Source: Reclinomonas americana ATCC 50394
Taxonomy: Eukaryota
DNA length: 57,050 nt
Assembly: GCA_048213135.1 (NCBI GenBank)
Contig: PS015031.1
Location: 6,114-63,163, forward strand
Direction of reading: 5' to 3'
Positions within the stretch are counted from its first letter, which is position 1; every line of letters starts with the position of its first letter. The notes under the pieces were generated by a model that ran no database searches, was not told where the DNA came from, and was given only the letters and a program-made list of their open reading frames with translations. A program made the position numbers and the translations under genes. Positions 50,259 through 57,050 of the stretch are shown here, piece after piece.

Positions 50259-52335
50259 ATGCTCGCAGATGGATATCTTGCCATTGTCCCTCCGTCACAT
50301 TCTCGCTTCGGTCGCGGTCGCACAGAAGAGTCTCCAACAACGCAAATGTCGCATCGCGGCAACGACCAACAGTCGTCGTCGTCGTCGGCGACAGTGCCGA
50401 TTCTGGCGAGCAAGACACCGCCAATGTCGTCGGAGGTGGCGGTGGAGCAGACGCGCAAGTTTGTGGCCAGGAGTGCGCTGTTGAGTGCCATNNNNNNNNN
50501 NNNNNNNNNNNNNNNNNNNNNNNNNNNNNNNNNNNNNNNNNNNNNNNNNNNNNNNNNNNNNNNNNNNNNNNNNNNNNNNNNNNNNNNNNNNNNNNNNNNN
50601 NNNNNNNNNNNNNNNNNNNNNNNNNNNNNNNNNNNNNNNNNNNNNNNNNNNNNNNNNNNNNNNNNNNNNNNNNNNNNNNNNNNNNNNNNNNNNNNNNNNN
50701 NNNNNNNNNNNNNNNNNNNNNNNNNNNNNNNNNNNNNNNNNNNNNNNNNNNNNNNNNNNNNNNNNNNNNNNNNNNNNNNNNNNNNNNNNNNNNNNNNNNN
50801 NNNNNNNNNNNNNNNNNNNNNNNNNNNNNNNNNNNNNNNNNNNNNNNNNNNNNNNNNNNNNNNNNNNNNNNNNNNNNNNNNNNNNNNNNNNNNNNNNNNN
50901 NNNNNNNNNNNNNNNNNNNNNNNNNNNNNNNNNNNNNNNNNNNNNNNNNNNNNNNNNNNNNNNNNNNNNNNNNNNNNNNNNNNNNNNNNNNNNNNNNNNN
51001 NNNNNNNNNNNNNNNNNNNNNNNNNNNNNNNNNNNNNNNNNNNNNNNNNNNNNNNNNNNNNNNNNNNNNNNNNNNNNNNNNNNNNNNNNNNNNNNNNNNN
51101 NNNNNNNNNNNNNNNNNNNNNNNNNNNNNNNNNNNNNNNNNNNNNNNNNNNNNNNNCGTACTCCCTTACACGCACACACACATACAGCTCACACGCACAC
51201 ACAACAGATAAGGGAGAAGCGGAGTGAGACAGACACAGGGGTTGAGACAAGAGTGAGATATCTTGACAACAGTTTGTTTGCACACTTCAGAACACACTTC
51301 TTTGCACACATACACGCACAGAGCACACATGCACACGCACGTGGTTGTACATACACATATGAAGGGAGATGCAGAGTGAGACAGACGCAAAGGTTGAGAC
51401 AAGAGAGTGAGATATCTTGCCGACTGCACTCTTCTGAACACACACATACACTCACACACGCACTCAGAATATACACATGCACGCATACGCACTCAAACGT
51501 GCTTGCACACAAACAGATGAAGGGAGAGGCAGAGTGAGACAGACGCAGGGGTTGAGACAAGAGAGTGAGATATCTTGACAAAAGCTTTCAGCTTGCGCAC
51601 TTCAGAACGTACTCGCTTGCACACACACACACACGTGCTTGTACACGCACAGATGAAGGGAGACGCAGAGCGAGACAGACAGGGGTTGACAGGAGTGAGT
51701 GAGATATCTTTGACAACAACGTGTACTCTCGGAGCACGCACACTCTCTTGCACACATACTCGCACACTTGCACATACACAAGGAGTGACTGATTTAATAG
51801 AGAGGAGACTGGCAGAGCTAATGACACAAGAGTGAGATATCTTGACAACAGCTTGCAGCTTGCACTCTCCTTCTTGAAGGGAGCGCAAAGGCAGAGTGAG
51901 GCAGAGGAGACGCAGAAATGGGAGAGTGCGTGCACGCAAGCTTATCTTGATATCAGCCTCCTCACGCAATCACTTTCCCTTTGACAGCGTGTCCCTGGCC
52001 TTCATCTCCTCCATCCTGCTGTTCATGCTGCTGCCGTTCTACCCGGTGGTGGCCATGTCGCGCAACATATCCATCATCACGGCAAGTCATCCTCTGCCCT
52101 CACTCTCTCCTCCTCCTCCCTCCCTTTTCTCGTGTTATCTCACCACAAAAAAATAGGTTGGCTTCATCCTCGCCACCGGTGAAATCACCGCCATGCTGGC
52201 CATGCCAGTGATTGTGTGGATGCTGCGCTTCCGACGCTCGCAGGGCACGTGGTTGGGTGCGATGAAAGCCATTTTCATTGGCATGGCCCTCATGATTGCT
52301 GGCGCGTCGATGTTTGCCGGACTGGATCGGACAAG
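50259..52335 (+). CDS. Major facilitator superfamily transporter, N-terminal exons (partial)
   Basis: Consecutive TM helices SLAFISSILLFMLLPFYPVVA, VGFILATGEITAMLAMPVIVWML and KAIFIGMALMIAGASMFAGL in MFS TM1-TM3 spacing. Link to the 50259-50491 exon crosses a gap and is inferred. Confidence 0.65.
51200..51950. repeat. Intronic minisatellite, about 5 degenerate copies of a ~130-170-bp unit
   Basis: gagtgagatatctt recurs at about 51251, 51405, 51563, 51697 and 51830, usually preceded by gaagggaga..cagagtgagacagac. Confidence 0.85.
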
Positions 52336-52369
52336 GTATGAGGGCTGTGAAGAGTCGTCTGTATCCCTT

Positions 52370-52521
<152 letters not shown>

Positions 52522-53424
52522 CTACTACTACNNNNNNNNNNNNNNNNNNNNTGTGTGTGACTTGGATCCCAGCAAAGTGGGCAACTGCAGTCCATGCTGG
52601 AGTCTCTCCATTATTCACAGTCGTGTATTGTTCACCATCTTGAGTGAGCACCAGAAACCGAGACATCTGGAACTCCTGATCGGGGACATGTAAACGATCG
52701 ATCGAGAGAGAGAGAGAGAGAGAGAGAGAATACTAAAGTGGCGTGCAATGCCAGCTGTGCAGTTTCTGTAAGAGAGGCGACAACAACAGCACATGATCAC
52801 CATCTTGAGTGAGCATCAGAGAGAGACGAAAAAAAGTCGAAATTACTAATGCAAGAGAAGCCGCCGCCGCTCGTGACAAGCATGGATATGCAGAAAGAGA
52901 GTAAAAGGTGTTGGCGTCAGAACGCATAAGGAACCCTAGGCAACGCGCAAGTAAGTCAGGGAGGGAGCACATGGTCGTTGTTGGCCACGGCGAGGCCAAC
53001 CCGGATCCGGTGACATGTACATCGAAGAAGGCAACCACGTGGCGCTCACGATCTCTGGTCCAACAAGTGCTTCGACGACGCACATTCCGCTCGGTGTCAA
53101 CGGTTTCGACATCAGATCTCCTCCACAGAAGTGAGTCCAGGGGTGCAGTTGAGTGGTTGTTGATAGTAATCATCATTATGTTGCTGTTGTGGTGCTTGTT
53201 GCTCACGTCAGTTGTCACTGCCTTCTGGCAACGGCACTGCAATGCGCCACACAGAAGTAATGGTCGTGGCGCGCGCAGCGCAGCTGCACTGTCTCGACCG
53301 CATCGGCACTCCAGAAGCGAACGAACAATCCCTCACTCCTTTTGCGTGTGTTGATCAGCAGTGCGCACGTCCCTCTGTTGGCTTGCTGGCGACCGTCACT
53401 GTCGTCCGTCTGCTTGCCGACATC

Positions 53425-55312
53425 TTACGGCAGCGGCCTGAACTTGCCGGCGACCACATCCAGCCGCTGGACGAGAATCCACTGCGAGTGAACCGGAAGG
53501 GCGCCTGCGCGCGCCAATACATCCCGCAGCAGCGGTCGCGCCCCAGATCGAATGGCGCTCTCCAACGGTACCATGAACGACGAAATGGCTGCCGGCGGCC
53601 TATCGGTGCGACTCATCCACTGGGCGTCTTCGAGAACCGCAAAGCGATCGACGCCTCCCGACACCAAGATGCGGATGCTGGGAGGAGCTGCATGGGAAAG
53701 CAATTCAGTCAGCGACAAAAGCAACGAAACAAAAAGAAAGGCACTTGCACGCAACTCTCCGACACACTCAACAGCTCGAGCACCCACGCCACAGCAGCCT
53801 CCACTGTGCAAGTGGACGAGAAGCAGCATTGCACCACGCGGCTGCGCTCGTCCTCCGTATTGCGCGCGTGCAGCGCCTCCCACGTGTCGCGCGGCGATGC
53901 AGGAGGCGTCGTGAGCATGACTGCACGCACAATCACCGGGTGTGCATCCACGAACCACGGCGCCGTCGACGACGCAGTACCTTCGTCGGCGGACTCAGGA
54001 CGTGACTGCGGAACGACATCCTCGTCGTTCCGCCCGCCAAAGTCATTTTCGGCCAGCACAACGTGGTGACCCAGCAGCCAACTGTGTGAATGCCGCGAAG
54101 GCAAACGGAAACGGGGCGCCGGAGGGCACGGAGCTGGTGGGGACCACTTCACCAACAGGCGCCACGTGCCACTCGGCACCAAGACGTAATCCTGGCACTC
54201 GATCGCCGACGGCGCTAGGCGCACAACGCTGTCGTCGGAGTTGTACACAGACGAGGGAAAGTCGTCGACTCGAGTGGAACACAGCGGCATCGGCGGTCGC
54301 ATGCGTTGCACGAGAGCCAGCGCTCGCGCAGCGCCTTCTTCGACCCCGTATGCAATGTGGCGACGATAGGCCTGCCACCACACAGTCGGCACAATGAACC
54401 ACAGGTGCTCGGCTGAGGCTACGTGCTCGTCTCGCAGCGAGTCGCGCAACATGATGCACTGCTGATCTGCAAGTGGAGCAAGATCAGACACAGACGACGA
54501 CGTTGTGGAGAAGGAGGGAGACGACGCACTTGCACGCGGTGGAAGGTGGTCATCAAAGGGCCACGGGGAGGCACGCATGTCGGCCGACAGACCAAGTCGA
54601 CGAATGTGCAGTGCCAGTTGGCTGCAAAGAGGCGAAGAACGATAAGCAAGCAGACTCCAGCGAGTGAGAAAGTGTTGTCCAACCTGCACGTGGCCTCGTC
54701 GCCATCGGCGTACTCGCACACCCGCTGCCACACTTGATCCTCGTCACGCACCGCCAGTGCATCCTCGCGCACCAGCAACTCCATCGACGAGACCTCCAGT
54801 GCACGCAACGACACTCGCAGAAACTGCGACACCAACATCTGCCACGCCATCTGCTCCAGCCGCCCAGCGCCACTCACACGCGACAGCTCCCACAGCGCAC
54901 CGACCACAGCAGCAACCGCCGCACCGCCCTCACTCAGCTGCTCACACAACACATTCTCGGCAGTCGTGCGCAGCGATCGCGAGGCATCCACAAGGCCGAG
55001 CTGATCGCTCACGCGCAGCACCTCGGCTGCGTTGCTGGCATCCACCAGTGAGCAGGCGTACTCCATGCGGTTCTCCAGCCAGTGGACGATGATCGAGAAG
55101 ATCTGTGTGGAGACTGAGTGAATGCATGCATGCCAGCAGTGATCATCGTTTGTGCTCACCTCGCGTCTCACTCCTGGCAACTCCACCACACCGCTCACAC
55201 TCTCCTCCATGCCACTGACAGCAGCACGCGAAAACAGTAAGCTCCTCTCCACCGCCTCCTCGCTCAACTCAAAGGCGACGAGCTCGTCATCGTCGACAAG
55301 AACAACTTTCAT
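53425..55312 (-). CDS. BTB-BACK-DUSP-ubiquitin-like fold protein
   Basis: BTB (SLLFSRAAVSGMEESVSGVVELPGV..IFSIIVHWL), BACK (LLVREDALAVRDEDQVWQRVCEY), DUSP-like (WFIVPTVWWQAY...DYVLVPSGTWRLLVKW), then VDAHPV...FSSTCTVEAAV...IRILV; stop at 53425. The start may lie further upstream. Confidence 0.7.
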
Positions 55313-55432
55313 CGCACTTGGCGAAACTGGCACTGTGAGCTGGACAACTTTCGACGTTTGTCGACGTCGGTGAACGCACGTTTTCTGCGGATGTCTGCTT
55401 GTTGGAGGCACAACTTCATCGTCCAGCTTCAC

Positions 55433-56270
55433 TCAAATCTTCAACCCCGACGTGCAGTCACCAGTCGTCGCACACGCCGTCACCGTCGACGTGGCCACCA
55501 CACCACTCTTTGGCACACACTGCTTGGTCGACGCAGTGAATGTCCACGAGCCGCACGCAGTCAGCTGGGAGCACCACAGCGAGCAGGCTTGTGGTCCGGT
55601 TGTTGTCTTGATGGCCCACGAGAGGTCGCCACCAGGTCGGTCTGCATGCCAACGGGCCACATCAGTCACGATTCTCTTTCATCTCTCTTCTCGAAAACAT
55701 CCTCACCCGTGCTGGTCTGGAAGCCGCTGCTGTCGTACGCCGCCGCACTCGTCTTGCGTCCCGACACCAGGCAGAAGTGCGTGCCACACACGTTGCTGGT
55801 CTCTGCATTCGCGGCTGTCGCCGGTACGGTGCTCTGCATGCAATAAACGAAGCAGTGAGTTTGCCATATCCACACAATCCCTTTCTCAACTCCAACCACG
55901 TGCCTTCAGTGTGCACACACTTACTCCAAGAGTGTTGGATGCCGCCGCAGCATCCAGGAAAGTCCACGATCGACACTGGGAGTTCCGATCGCACAGTTCG
56001 CAGCAGGCAATCTCACTGCGAGCAGTGACAAGTGACCCCAAGATCGTGCCGCCGGGTCGATCCACTGCCTCGAACAGGCACACTTCCAACGCCGCTGCTC
56101 GACATGCCGAAGAGTGAGACAGCAGAAGATGGTGCATGCGGTAAGAAATCAACGCAACGAGCCACAACTCCATTCTGCACCGTTCCGCAACCGGTATTCG
56201 ATGCTGCGCACGCACCCAGATCATCGTCAGTGCCATACACTACCAGGCAATTCACAAAGGACAGACATAC

Positions 56271-56302
<32 letters not shown>

Positions 56303-56880
56303 GGAGACGAGTATGTGAGCACGTCTCCGCTGTCAGGCAAACATCCAGAGTAGCCAACGGTGCCAACAACATGGAAAAGCGGGCATGAACGATACGCTAA
56401 TGTTCCCGCTCTCAGCTGCGCACTAAAGAGTGCAAGAACCAACAAGTGTGCTGCACTTCATCATGTTGCACTCTCTCCCCATCACCCATCAGCCTCAGCA
56501 TCACAAACTTCTCCACTCGTCTCATTCCATCGCTACCCTTGGCGCTCGTCCTCCTTCCCCTTCCTGTCTCTCACTCCTCCCTCCCTTCCCCATTCACGCA
56601 CCGTAGACAATCATGAACTGCTTGGTGTACGTCAGCGTGCCATCGCTCACTTGCACAAACACTTGCAGTCGCCGACTCAGCGGCGGCGCCAGCGAGATAG
56701 TCAGCTGATTACCACCCACGATGGTGAACAGAGCAGCATGTACGCCGCCCGCAATGCTGAATGTCGGCGTCTGCCCCGTGTTGAGATCCACCATGCTCAG
56801 GGTGCCCACTGTGAATGGCACCGTCGCACTCGAGTACGTCTGCGCGCCCGACAGCAGAATGTCGCTCGGGCCAACAGTCC
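55433..56880 (-). CDS. Extracellular protein, 3' part: cadherin-like Ig domain followed by two PAN/apple domains
   Basis: PSDILLS..VGTLSMVD..TFSIAGG..FTIVGGNQL..VQVSDGTLTYTKQFMI; DRPGG...CCELCDRNSQCRSWTF and DRPGGDL...CSLWCSQLTACGSWTF....CVPK. Confidence 0.7.
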
Positions 56881-56940
56881 CTGCACATTCACAAAGACAA
56901 AGGTTCAGTGCCAAGTCTCTCTCAGTCTCCTCTTCCTCTC

Positions 56941-56974
<34 letters not shown>

Positions 56975-57050
56975 GTCGTCGTACGGTACGGACGTACGGT
57001 ACGGTACGTACGTACGACGGAGGAGGAGGACGGAACGGACGACGACGACG

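Noticed and set aside
51200-51950. Repeat-spacer pattern reminiscent of CRISPR (also 28690-29480)
   Set aside because: Cores are degenerate, spacers are related low-complexity sequence, the context is eukaryotic and no cas genes are present

Overview
Gene-dense, intron-rich eukaryotic (protist-like) nuclear DNA from a gappy draft assembly with abundant CT/CA/CACT microsatellites. By hand I can model about 18 spliced protein genes: CLN5-like, a giant type II membrane protein with a phage/giant-virus tail-fibre-like ectodomain, an LRR/coiled-coil protein, calflagin-like, an inverted pair of BTB-BACK proteins with Cys-rich tails, THOC1, CWC27, DDX49 (5' part), a class V PLP lyase (Egt2/LCD-like), a trihelix/Myb-SANT-like protein, an LRR-polyPro-WCA protein, an EF-hand protein, an MFS transporter (partial), a BTB-BACK-DUSP-UBL protein, a cadherin-like/PAN protein and two hypotheticals. 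Three gap-bounded contigs (7395-8189, 11593-12930, 39064-40023) must be flipped for their genes to read through. Most notable: (1) the intron-containing, membrane-anchored viral-fibre-like gene; (2) a recurrent atypical 5' splice site class, GTTGCG(T), plus frequent GC donors; (3) an LRR-headed candidate Arp2/3 activator; (4) the inverted BTB cassette with alternative tails; (5) a BTB adaptor carrying a DUSP-UBL module with no USP domain. All homology calls come from motif recognition by eye, not database searches, and exon boundaries are manual predictions.
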